This document shows, in pieces, positions 1-7,462 of a DNA stretch of 18,608 bases. The notes beneath the pieces are model-generated. The model was given only the letters and a program-made list of their open reading frames with translations. It searched no databases and had not been told where the DNA came from. The stretch covers positions 1 to 18,608 of IMG/VR virus record IMGVR_UViG_3300014911_000516; one strand, 5' to 3'. A program made the position numbers and the translations under genes. Within the stretch, counting starts at the first letter, position 1; the number at the start of each line of letters is the position of its first letter.

Positions 1-2
1 TC

Positions 3-80
3 GAGGAGGCAATCGACAAGGTGGCAAAGTGGATGACTGAACATCCATCGAGATGGCGTATTGGTTGGGAAAAAATCTAA
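3..80 (+). CDS. 3' end of a gene truncated by the window edge (..EEAIDKVAKWMTEHPSRWRIGWEKI*)
   Basis: Open frame from 3 to TAA at 78-80, followed immediately by a long T-tract. Confidence 0.6.
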   Translation, partial: EEAIDKVAKWMTEHPSRWRIGWEKI

Positions 81-81
81 A

Positions 82-101
82 TTTTTTTCTTTTTCTTTTT
101 T
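82..101 (+). terminator. Archaeal oligo(T) terminator
   Basis: tttttttctttttctttttt directly after the stop at 80. Confidence 0.6.
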
Positions 102-109
102 CGTTAGTT

Positions 110-217
110 TTAGTGTAAGCGCTCCACTTTCAGAAAGACCACCTTTAAACAATTAGGACATTGATATACACTATAAAATCCTTTCATATTCTTAAACAAT
201 ATGTTAGTACCGCCCAT
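110..217 (-). CDS. 35-aa microprotein with a single CxxC (MGGTNILFKNMKGFYSVYQCPNCLKVVFLKVERLH)
   Basis: Not in the ORF track; translated by hand. AGGTGA SD 4 nt upstream of the ATG, AT-rich TATA-like sequence further upstream, YQCPNC Zn-knuckle motif. Confidence 0.55.
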   Translation of the reverse strand: MGGTNILFKNMKGFYSVYQCPNCLKVVFLKVERLH

Positions 218-364
218 GTTATCACCTAAAATAAAAAACGATAACACATTAATAAATATAAACAATATTTTTATTATTCCCTACTATCACTTTTTCTTAA
301 GGTGCAAAAACTAAGAGATAGCTAAATATCTAATATTCCCGCCAATTGAAAATAGGGTAGTCTA

Positions 365-1090
365 ATGAGTTTCCAGAAATACGTTTACTACATTGATAAG
401 GAATTATTGCCGCCATTACCATCTGATAAGCAACTAATCATAGACTTAGAGACTACAGGATTAGATCCTGAGATCGATATTATTATTTGTGGAGGCTTTT
501 TCGATTGCAAAAAACGAAAAATAATAATCTATTTCCTGCCAGATCCCGATGATTCTGAAAAATTTAGAAGGTTTCTCCGAAACACTATATTATGGTATAG
601 ATTGAAAAAATACACCATCTGGAGCTATAACTCCGAATTCGAGGAGAAATTCTTAGGGATACGAAACACAATACAAGACCTAATGGTTTATCGAATCACC
701 TTTAAAACCCACAGAGAATCAGACGATGACTACTACGAAATACCCTCCTTAGTAAGAACTAAAATGATATCCGCCTCAAATTATATAATACAAAACATTT
801 TAAAAGATAATGAACTTAAAAAACAAATTGACGAACTAGACACATCCTATATCAGCTCTTCACTAATACCTAACTTATATCTGAAAAGGTGGCTTTTGAG
901 AAAAGATAAAGAAGCGATTGAATACATAATAAAACATAACTACGCCGACCTAATACGGGAATATTGCATATTGTGGTACTACTACTATACACTAGAAAAA
1001 CTCAGAAACCACATCTTAAAAGAATACCTGATATTTCCTAAAATAATCATAAAAAACTTAAAACTACAAGTACACTATTATTTACTATGA
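365..1090 (+). CDS. DEDD/DnaQ-superfamily 3'-5' exonuclease (RNase_H_2/YprB-like)
   Basis: ExoI IIDLETTGL, ExoII-like YNSEFE (E in place of the usual D), ExoIII HNYADL. Confidence 0.85.
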   Translation: MSFQKYVYYIDKELLPPLPSDKQLIIDLETTGLDPEIDIIICGGFFDCKKRKIIIYFLPDPDDSEKFRRFLRNTILWYRLKKYTIWSYNSEFEEKFLGIRNTIQDLMVYRITFKTHRESDDDYYEIPSLVRTKMISASNYIIQNILKDNELKKQIDELDTSYISSSLIPNLYLKRWLLRKDKEAIEYIIKHNYADLIREYCILWYYYYTLEKLRNHILKEYLIFPKIIIKNLKLQVHYYLL

Positions 1091-1096
1091 TGTAAT

Positions 1097-1423
1097 ATGA
1101 AAAAGACAGCTATAGCTTTAACAATATGGTTAACTAGTATATTCCTCTTAGTACTACTCCGCTCCTATTTCAAAGCGACAGCTCCCGTACTTTATCTCGA
1201 ATGGGAAAAACCCACCGTAAGAATTGAAGGAAAAGTAAAGCCCGTAACCGTAGAACTAATCGGAGATAAATTGTTAATCCTCCTCGATAATGGCGATATA
1301 ATTACAATACATATACCAAAAACACAGCTGCTATCCCGCGGTTATGACATTACTACTTGCGTACTGGTTGCAGATTGCTTGATCGGGTGGATAATTGTAC
1401 TACTACTCAGCGATATAGACTAA
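1097..1423 (+). CDS. Membrane protein, N- and C-terminal hydrophobic helices flanking a small beta-rich domain
   Basis: MKKTAIALTIWLTSIFLLVLL and CVLVADCLIGWIIVLLL; starts 6 nt after the exonuclease stop. Confidence 0.7.
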   Translation: MKKTAIALTIWLTSIFLLVLLRSYFKATAPVLYLEWEKPTVRIEGKVKPVTVELIGDKLLILLDNGDIITIHIPKTQLLSRGYDITTCVLVADCLIGWIIVLLLSDID

Positions 1424-1527
1424 CAAAACTGAAACAAAACCTCTTCATTATTTTTTCCTTCTTTCATCAATTGTTTTAATATCACCTAAAGGAAAGAAAT
1501 ATAGGTTTAAATTTAAAGAGATTAAAC

Positions 1528-2247
1528 GTGATAAGTATGATTCCAGTAGTAGATTATAGATTCGGCGATAAATACTACGTAACAGAATTCGTAAGGCCTT
1601 ACACATTTATGGTGAAAACAGTAGCAAAAACACTAAAAGGAAAGAACGATGTAGAAACGGTAATTAAGGTAGCCAGATTCATTCGAGATGAGTTTTACTA
1701 TCCACTTGATATCTTCAAAAATCCATCCTGCGATGCAATGTTCCTAAAGTCTCGTAAATTCTGTTATTCGTGGCACTTCAAGAAGTACGTTAATTACATG
1801 TGGCTATTTCCTTCTGAATGCTTACTAATGAAATTCGGAATCTGCATCGACACTTCACTATTGTGTACATCCATACTGAGAAGTTTAGGGCTCTTTTCCT
1901 ACGTAGGCCTAGGAGCTGTGTATTATAAAGATAGATTGTTAGGTTATCATGCATGGACCGAAGTGTACATTCCAAGTAAAGTAGATTGGTATATCATTGA
2001 GACTACAATACATGAAAAGAACGTTTCAAATATACTGAGGCGGGAGGAGGCTTACAAAGGATCTTACGATATACGATATGAAATTTTCGCACGGTTTAAC
2101 GAGAAAGAGTACGAGGAAGTAAAGCCAATTCTAACGTGGATACAATTTTATGGTAAGAAATGGAAAAAAGTGAGAGCTAAGGAGCGAAATAAACAAATAG
2201 TGATATGGAGTACATTTAAACAGATATCACCGTTAATAGGTGTTTAG
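1528..2247 (+). CDS. Transglutaminase-like (papain-fold) cysteine protease/transferase; start may be ATG 1537
   Basis: GICIDTSLLCTSILRSLG (catalytic Cys helix), YHAWTEV (His), WYIIETT (acidic third residue). Confidence 0.85.
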   Translation: MISMIPVVDYRFGDKYYVTEFVRPYTFMVKTVAKTLKGKNDVETVIKVARFIRDEFYYPLDIFKNPSCDAMFLKSRKFCYSWHFKKYVNYMWLFPSECLLMKFGICIDTSLLCTSILRSLGLFSYVGLGAVYYKDRLLGYHAWTEVYIPSKVDWYIIETTIHEKNVSNILRREEAYKGSYDIRYEIFARFNEKEYEEVKPILTWIQFYGKKWKKVRAKERNKQIVIWSTFKQISPLIGV

Positions 2248-2249
2248 AA

Positions 2250-2393
2250 GTGAAAGGGAGGGTAAAAGTCCTATTACTACGTTTCAGAACTACTGAAAGT
2301 AAAACGAAGTATCGAATACTTGTAGAATCCTTTAAAAAAATAAATAATACGAATAATGCAAGATTATTATTAGGGGAAAAGGATGATAAATAG
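2250..2393 (+). CDS. 47-aa basic hypothetical protein (MKGRVKVLLLRFRTTESKTKYRILVESFKKINNTNNARLLLGEKDDK)
   Basis: Not in the ORF track. GTG 2 nt after the upstream stop with AGGTG upstream; fills the intergenic gap and overlaps the start of the next gene. Confidence 0.45.
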   Translation: MKGRVKVLLLRFRTTESKTKYRILVESFKKINNTNNARLLLGEKDDK

Positions 2394-2763
2394 AGAAGAT
2401 GTAATATCCATTATCATAATTACTACCGCTTTTATACTGACATATAAAGGAATTCTAACTCCCGACCATTACCTTACGATTATCTCAGCCATATTAGCAT
2501 ACTATTTAGGTCAGACCATAAAGATGCATCAGGTTAATAAAGCACTAGCATATCGTGAAGGGATAACCAGATCATATCAGAGGATGATAAGGCGTTTTGG
2601 GGCATTCCTAATGATAAGCGGTATTACTCTGATAATTGAGAAATGGATAATCTCAGGAGCTACCTACACATTCCCACCGCATTTCCTTGATCATGGATTA
2701 ATTGGTTTAATACTGGAGATCATAGGATTCGTATTATTAATACGTAGAGAAAAGAAAAAGTAG
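2383..2763 (+). CDS. Four-TM membrane protein
   Basis: Two hydrophobic hairpins separated by a basic linker; basic C-terminus RREKKK. Confidence 0.75.
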   Translation: MINREDVISIIIITTAFILTYKGILTPDHYLTIISAILAYYLGQTIKMHQVNKALAYREGITRSYQRMIRRFGAFLMISGITLIIEKWIISGATYTFPPHFLDHGLIGLILEIIGFVLLIRREKKK

Positions 2764-3000
2764 GTGCTAGAAATGAATAAAAGGACAATAGCATACGTAA
2801 TTGCAATTATAATACATCTACTAATCGCTATGAAGGTATTTAGTATCATAACCTCTACGTTACAAATTGAGAATCCATACACTCTTGAAAATACATCTAA
2901 AATCGTATCAGCATTAGGAAGTGTAGCTGTATACCTTATAGTACTAGCAATCATAACAGGAGTAGCCTTAGCTTTTGCATTTCGTCTATTTCGCACGTAA
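2764..3000 (+). CDS. Small two-TM membrane protein (true start probably ATG 2773)
   Basis: IAYVIAIIIHLLIAM and VAVYLIVLAIITGVALAFAF; AGGTG lies upstream of ATG 2773. Confidence 0.7.
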   Translation: MLEMNKRTIAYVIAIIIHLLIAMKVFSIITSTLQIENPYTLENTSKIVSALGSVAVYLIVLAIITGVALAFAFRLFRT

Positions 3001-3042
3001 CAGATTTATTTTATTCTTTCATAATTCCCTCGGTGAATATAG

Positions 3043-3228
3043 ATGCCCAAGATTATCGAAGTTGAACTGAATGGTGAAAAGAAAAAAGGCATTCTGATAG
3101 AGAAAGTAAGACGTAGAAAACGAAAGAAAGAATATAAAGGACGTACATACGAATGGGAACAAAGGGAGATTATCGTTTACATTCCTAAAGAAATAGATTC
3201 AGAAAAATTCATTCTGATCCCATTATGA
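3043..3228 (+). CDS. Small basic beta-rich protein, possible nucleic-acid binding
   Basis: GGTGA SD; KVRRRKRKK basic patch; ATGA overlap with hjc. Confidence 0.7.
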   Translation: MPKIIEVELNGEKKKGILIEKVRRRKRKKEYKGRTYEWEQREIIVYIPKEIDSEKFILIPL

Positions 3229-3638
3229 CAAAACCTTACGATGTCGGGAGACGGTTCGAACAATACCTCGTACACCGTTTTAAGAGACTTGGATGGTTTA
3301 GTATAAGGACTCCTGCATCAGGACGTGGATGGCGTACTGGGTATACTCCTGATATTATCTGCATAAAAAACCGTAATATTCTCCTGATAGAATGTAAGGT
3401 TTTATCAGGTCCTCGAGCCTTGTATATTGAAAAGCCTAAAGTTCAGTCTTTAATAAAATTAGCTAAGCTTACTGGGGGACATGCCTATATTTGCGTCTAC
3501 TATCGTAAAGATAAGCTATACCGATTTATCGATCCTAGAGATCCCGAATACAATACGAATAAATACTATGGATGGAGTAAAACCTACGTCCTAGCTCAAG
3601 GAAAAACACTATACCAAATCATAAACCAATATTCTTAA
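3225..3638 (+). CDS. hjc: Archaeal-type Holliday junction resolvase (PD-(D/E)xK)
   Basis: GRRFE, RTPASG, PDII and LIECK match the Hjc/Hje signature; rudiviruses encode such a resolvase. Confidence 0.9.
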   Translation: MTKPYDVGRRFEQYLVHRFKRLGWFSIRTPASGRGWRTGYTPDIICIKNRNILLIECKVLSGPRALYIEKPKVQSLIKLAKLTGGHAYICVYYRKDKLYRFIDPRDPEYNTNKYYGWSKTYVLAQGKTLYQIINQYS

Positions 3639-3673
3639 ATATTCTTTAATAAATTATAAAGATAAGTGAAAAC

Positions 3674-4132
3674 ATGCCTAAACCAGCACGTTTAGGGCCT
3701 TATCGTATAGTAGCTTTTGCTATTGAAATTGATAAGTATAACATATTACGCGAGTTAGCATTCCATAAAGGAGTTACCCTTTCTGAGCTCCTTAGAGACA
3801 TCATCGATGATTATCTAAAGAAAAACGGTTTACTAAACGCTGAAATAGTCGCTGCAAATGGTGGCCTAAAGACACTTTCATTAATCGAGCAAAAACTCCT
3901 ATCTTCTGAATTAAATACGATTATGCAGGACTTAGAACGTCTATCAAAATACATTCTATCATGCCGTAGGGGGACTATAGAGTGGCATGATACGCTCGAA
4001 AAGATACGTTACAAAATACGTAAGGCCTTAACAATCATCCAGAAAATAGGCATCCCATCTGATAACACATTACGTAAGCTAAAACAGTATTCTGAATTCG
4101 TAGAAAAGCTAAGTGGTGGAAAAGAACAATAG
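3674..4132 (+). CDS. N-terminal RHH DNA-binding domain plus helical C-terminal domain
   Basis: RIVAFAIE-IDKYNILRELAFHKGVTLSELLRDIIDDYL is a CopG-like RHH pattern. Confidence 0.8.
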   Translation: MPKPARLGPYRIVAFAIEIDKYNILRELAFHKGVTLSELLRDIIDDYLKKNGLLNAEIVAANGGLKTLSLIEQKLLSSELNTIMQDLERLSKYILSCRRGTIEWHDTLEKIRYKIRKALTIIQKIGIPSDNTLRKLKQYSEFVEKLSGGKEQ

Positions 4133-4133
4133 C

Positions 4134-4883
4134 TTACGTCCTCTTTTTATATCCTATAAGCAGATATGAATGTGTAACCATCGCACGGCGATAACCTTTA
4201 TTCATAAGGCCTCGTCCTATTCGCGTCCTTATTAGAGGGACTGCCGTATGGAAAAATCTATAGACATGTACGGCTACTATTTTAAAGTATTTTCGGAGCA
4301 TTTCGAGATCTATTATATCGTGCAACCATAGGAAAAGATTATCAGATATTGGTGGGTAATAAAAGTCTTGACCGCGTAATATTACTCCTTGGCGACAGAC
4401 CCTGTGGAACTCTTTTATTACGTCTTCGGAGTAGAACTTCTTAATGTATAAAGGAGAGTGTGTTTCTGAAGTACCATAATCATCTCCACGTTTATCGGTA
4501 CGGGCTATTGGTGTAAATGGCGGATCGTAAACGATAAGATCGAAAACTTCATCCCTGAAAGGATAAGGAGGCTTTAAGAGATCGACTAGCATTTTCGTCC
4601 ATTTTGTCCTACGTACATCAGTAGGAAGGTAGAATATTTTACCATGATAATACCAATCGCCGTTTATCTCCACTAGGTAGTCGTGGAATTGGTAGTTTTC
4701 AGTACCGCATGTACAATCCCATATTGATTTACATTTTGGAAAATAATATCTGATTAAACAGTCTATGACTTCGTGTATCTTAACCTTTATCCCCGATATT
4801 ACCGAAAGTGGTGGCAATATAACGCCCGAAAGCGTCGTATAGCTTAAATCGTATATTACTTCAGACTCACTTTTACTACTCAT
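4134..4883 (-). CDS. Orphan SAM-dependent amino (N6-A/N4-C type) methyltransferase, probably acting on DNA
   Basis: Motif I-like IWDCTCG, motif IV FDLIVYDPPF, then GVILRGQD; no adjacent restriction endonuclease. Confidence 0.75.
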   Translation of the reverse strand: MSSKSESEVIYDLSYTTLSGVILPPLSVISGIKVKIHEVIDCLIRYYFPKCKSIWDCTCGTENYQFHDYLVEINGDWYYHGKIFYLPTDVRRTKWTKMLVDLLKPPYPFRDEVFDLIVYDPPFTPIARTDKRGDDYGTSETHSPLYIKKFYSEDVIKEFHRVCRQGVILRGQDFYYPPISDNLFLWLHDIIDLEMLRKYFKIVAVHVYRFFHTAVPLIRTRIGRGLMNKGYRRAMVTHSYLLIGYKKRT

Positions 4884-4909
4884 CGTAATATAAAAAACGT
4901 TATTCTTAC

Positions 4910-4917
4910 TATTTAAG
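4910..4917 (-). promoter_or_regulatory. TATA box CTTAAATA for a probably leaderless methyltransferase transcript
   Basis: Lies 26 nt upstream of ATG 4883; no SD visible. Confidence 0.55.
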
Positions 4918-4961
4918 ATTATCCCTGAGGGGAGAAAGAATATTATGAAAAAAGGAATGGT

Positions 4962-5150
4962 TTATGCAATCATCCGTTTATGTCTTGGTTTTATGTAACA
5001 TAAATACCTTCTTATGAGGATGCTTACTGCTCTTCTTATTGCCTCACTTCTAGATTCGTAGCGATTTTGTTTTACTAGGTAATCTATGTCTTCTACGTAT
5101 TTTTCGGGAAGACGTAATGTGATCTTCTTATACTTCACTCTTCTCTTCAT
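4962..5150 (-). CDS. RHH (CopG/Arc/MetJ) transcriptional regulator, 62 aa
   Basis: KITLRLPEKYVEDIDYLV..YESRSEAIRRAV; TATGGTGAA SD. Confidence 0.9.
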   Translation of the reverse strand: MKRRVKYKKITLRLPEKYVEDIDYLVKQNRYESRSEAIRRAVSILIRRYLCYIKPRHKRMIA

Positions 5151-5189
5151 ATTCTGTTCACCATAGAAAAATGTAGAAAAAGAGTTAGC

Positions 5190-5378
5190 TTATGCTATCA
5201 TTTTTTCATATCCATTTCTTTGTCGCCATAACTCCCTATTAATAAGATCACGTACGGCAACCCTTATTGCTTCACTTCTTGATGGGTAAAGTTTCATTTC
5301 GACTAATTTCTCTAAGTATTCTACGTACTTTTCGGGAAGATGTACACTTACTAATCTGAGATTCGATTTCTTACTCAT
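5190..5378 (-). CDS. RHH (CopG/Arc/MetJ) transcriptional regulator, 62 aa (start corrected from 5591 to 5378)
   Basis: MSKKSNLRLVSVHLPEKYVEYLEKLVEMKLYPSRSEAIRVAVRDLI; SD TATGGTGAA before ATG 5378 and a TATA box at 5414-5421. Confidence 0.9.
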   Translation of the reverse strand: MSKKSNLRLVSVHLPEKYVEYLEKLVEMKLYPSRSEAIRVAVRDLINRELWRQRNGYEKMIA

Positions 5379-5413
5379 ATTCCTTTCACCATAGGAGAAT
5401 ATTACCCGCGTTA

Positions 5414-5426
5414 TATTTAAGCTTTT
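5414..5426 (-). promoter_or_regulatory. BRE/TATA promoter AAAAGCTTAAATA of the tandem RHH genes
   Basis: Purine-rich BRE plus TTAAATA 35 nt upstream of ATG 5378; identical 13-mer at 6175-6187. Confidence 0.7.
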
Positions 5427-5439
5427 CTCCCTAGGAAAC

Positions 5440-5455
5440 TCCCGTATATACGGGA
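5440..5455. promoter_or_regulatory. Perfect 16-bp palindrome TCCCGTATATACGGGA, candidate operator
   Basis: Self-complementary; lies in the divergent intergenic region between the RHH pair and the wHTH gene. Confidence 0.6.
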
Positions 5456-5536
5456 TGAATAGTCGATATCTTCTTTGTATTATCCTCCAAAGGAGAACAC
5501 CATAAACATATATTAAGGAAGCATTCAAAATAAAGT

Positions 5537-5833
5537 ATGATGTCAGCAGACATAAAGTATTCTGATATAGAAAGACTTGTAGACTATGCAATTAAACAGA
5601 TGATACGTGAAGCACGTGGAACCTGTATAATGGTATATCCAAAAAAGATAGCAAAACGAGCTGGATTAAGTACAAAACCAGTAATACTATCCCTTATAGA
5701 CTACCGTTTACAAATGCTTAAAGAGAAAGGATTAATCAAGTTCTGGAAGCGTTCTGGTCATGCAAAGAAGTATATTATCCCAAATACGAGTCCATTATGG
5801 AAAGAAGCTAAAGGTGAAGGTGGTAAAACATGA
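5537..5833 (+). CDS. Winged helix-turn-helix DNA-binding protein
   Basis: YPKKIAKRAGLS...LQMLKEKGLIKFWKRSGHAKKYII fits HTH plus beta-wing; as recalled, resembles a small Thermoprotei family ending in SPLW. Confidence 0.7.
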   Translation: MMSADIKYSDIERLVDYAIKQMIREARGTCIMVYPKKIAKRAGLSTKPVILSLIDYRLQMLKEKGLIKFWKRSGHAKKYIIPNTSPLWKEAKGEGGKT

Positions 5834-6111
5834 TTAGAGAACTACTCTCTACTATAGACTTCGAGATAAGAACATTTGTACAAGTAAGTAGACTAACATC
5901 CTATAGAAACCACTTAAAGTACATGTTCAAAAAATGGAAAAAAGGCTTTCTCATCTTAATCTTTACCAAAGATAACAGAGTAAAAGTACTTAGAATAAAG
6001 AGGTACTTCATGACAATACCATTAGTAATACTACTACGAATAATCTATCATCGATCTTGGAAAGGATATTTCGTTTTTAACTTAGATCTTCTTCCTAAAT
6101 CCTACTCCTAA
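5830..6111 (+). CDS. Basic hypothetical protein
   Basis: ATGA overlap with the wHTH gene, GGTGG upstream, followed by a T-tract. Confidence 0.6.
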   Translation: MIRELLSTIDFEIRTFVQVSRLTSYRNHLKYMFKKWKKGFLILIFTKDNRVKVLRIKRYFMTIPLVILLRIIYHRSWKGYFVFNLDLLPKSYS

Positions 6112-6112
6112 C

Positions 6113-6125
6113 TCTTTTTTTCTTT
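6113..6125 (+). terminator. Oligo(T) terminator
   Basis: tctttttttcttt just after the stop at 6111. Confidence 0.55.
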
Positions 6126-6174
6126 CAGAGGTCCATAGCGTATATACGTTTTGGATCTCCCTTACTTTTCGCCA

Positions 6175-6208
6175 AAAAGCTTAAATAGGAGGTATACCTA
6201 AGGTATAC
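6175..6208 (+). promoter_or_regulatory. BRE/TATA (6175-6187) followed by the inverted repeat GTATACCT-A-AGGTATAC (6192-6208)
   Basis: Read directly; the repeat lies between the TATA box and the GGTGA SD of 6222. Confidence 0.65.
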
Positions 6209-6221
6209 TCGGTGAATACCT

Positions 6222-6680
6222 ATGCAGAAGAAAATTAAATGGACGACCATAAAAGTCCCGACAGAGGTAAGGAATATCGTTAAGAAATTAATGGAAGAAG
6301 AAAAGAAACCTGCATGGAAGATAATAGTTGAGTCAGTTTTATGGTATAACAGGATAAAACGTAGGCCTTATGAGAAAGCAGAGTTACCCGTGACTGAAAA
6401 GATATCATGGTATATAGCAAAATTATGCATGTCAGTAGGGGCATTCAAAGAAAATCCTACAAAAGAAAACTTAGAGCGTTTACAAAAAACATTAACACAG
6501 ATCAAAGAAAGGTTAAAGATTGATACGGATATTGTATACAGAACTGCAGTAGCTTATCAACGTAAACCTGAAACTGAAAACAGAATTGAATTAAACATGG
6601 CTACAAAATCGGTAGTTTTCGATATCATTTATACATATATCTACAAATACGAAATGAAAGAAATGACCACTAGCTCCTAA
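6222..6680 (+). CDS. Protein with N-terminal RHH-like domain and helical C-terminal domain
   Basis: WTTIKVPTEVRNIVKKLMEEEKKPAWKIIVESV is a strand-helix-helix pattern; GGTGA SD. Confidence 0.7.
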   Translation: MQKKIKWTTIKVPTEVRNIVKKLMEEEKKPAWKIIVESVLWYNRIKRRPYEKAELPVTEKISWYIAKLCMSVGAFKENPTKENLERLQKTLTQIKERLKIDTDIVYRTAVAYQRKPETENRIELNMATKSVVFDIIYTYIYKYEMKEMTTSS

Positions 6681-6730
6681 GGAATAAATTTTAATACTTT
6701 TTCACCAATTCTTTTTAGCGGGATATTGCT

Positions 6731-7462
6731 ATGTGTATGTCTATGTTGTCTCAAAGTCTTAAAATTGAAGAGGTAGACTACACCGAAGACTACGACTGGC
6801 TAATTATCCTCGATGCTTGTCGCTATGACTATTTTGTAAAGTTATGGAAAATAGGGAAAATCGAACCGCGATTATCGCTAGGATCATGCACCTTGGAAGT
6901 ATTATCTAAAATATCCAGAATACCTCATAGCGTATGCCTAACTGGGCATCCATTCGTATTGTCATTCAGAGAAAAATTCGATAAGGTGATAGATGCGGGA
7001 TTTGATTATACGCTAGGCACTTGTCCACCTTGGTATATGCTGACGGCGTTTAATCTTTTCTATAATAAAATGAAACCGTATAAACGGAAGATCCTATGGT
7101 TTCTGCAACCGCATCATCCTCTCTTATCTAATCCTACATTACTGATTAAAATATTCGAGGATGAGGAAGGGAAACGAATGACGCCACAGGAAAAGGTAAC
7201 GAAAGCCTATCAGGAAGCATATAGAAAAGGGATATTATCGAAGGCCTACCGAAGCAATCTAGCGTTAGTGCTTGATTATGTATCAGAGATAATAAAGAAA
7301 GTAGATGGAATTGTCGTGATTACATCCGATCATGGAGAAGGATTAGGAGAGCCATTACGCCCAGAGGATAAACCAGTATTCAGTCATCCATGTGGGCGTG
7401 AAGAGTGGGAGCTACGTTTAATTCCTTGGTGTGTTATAGATACTAGTGAATTATGGTGGTGA
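6731..7462 (+). CDS. Alkaline phosphatase/sulfatase-superfamily hydrolase or transferase
   Basis: LIILDACRYD, SLGSCT (Thr nucleophile position), QPHHP, VITSDHGE, SHP, IPW. Confidence 0.85.
   Translation: MCMSMLSQSLKIEEVDYTEDYDWLIILDACRYDYFVKLWKIGKIEPRLSLGSCTLEVLSKISRIPHSVCLTGHPFVLSFREKFDKVIDAGFDYTLGTCPPWYMLTAFNLFYNKMKPYKRKILWFLQPHHPLLSNPTLLIKIFEDEEGKRMTPQEKVTKAYQEAYRKGILSKAYRSNLALVLDYVSEIIKKVDGIVVITSDHGEGLGEPLRPEDKPVFSHPCGREEWELRLIPWCVIDTSELWW

Noticed and set aside
1417-1490. Minus-strand AGGTGA (same TATCACCTAAA 11-mer as 220-230) followed by a very short ORF
   Set aside because: Only ~16 codons with no motif; cannot be supported.
1790-1975. 61-aa minus-strand ORF
   Set aside because: Antisense to the TGase catalytic core; no motif.
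2691-2996. 101-aa minus-strand ORF
   Set aside because: Antisense shadow of two membrane-protein genes that have SDs and operon context.
3029-3039. Identical CTCGGTGAATA before genes 3043 and 6222
   Set aside because: Largely explained by the GGTGA Shine-Dalgarno sequence.
3225-4883. PD-(D/E)xK nuclease plus MTase as a restriction-modification pair
   Set aside because: The nuclease has the Hjc signature, lies on the opposite strand and is separated from the MTase by another gene.
5379-5591. N-terminal 71 aa of the 133-aa track ORF
   Set aside because: Spans the promoter and palindrome and overlaps the divergent gene; the SD and the paralog's length place the start at 5378.
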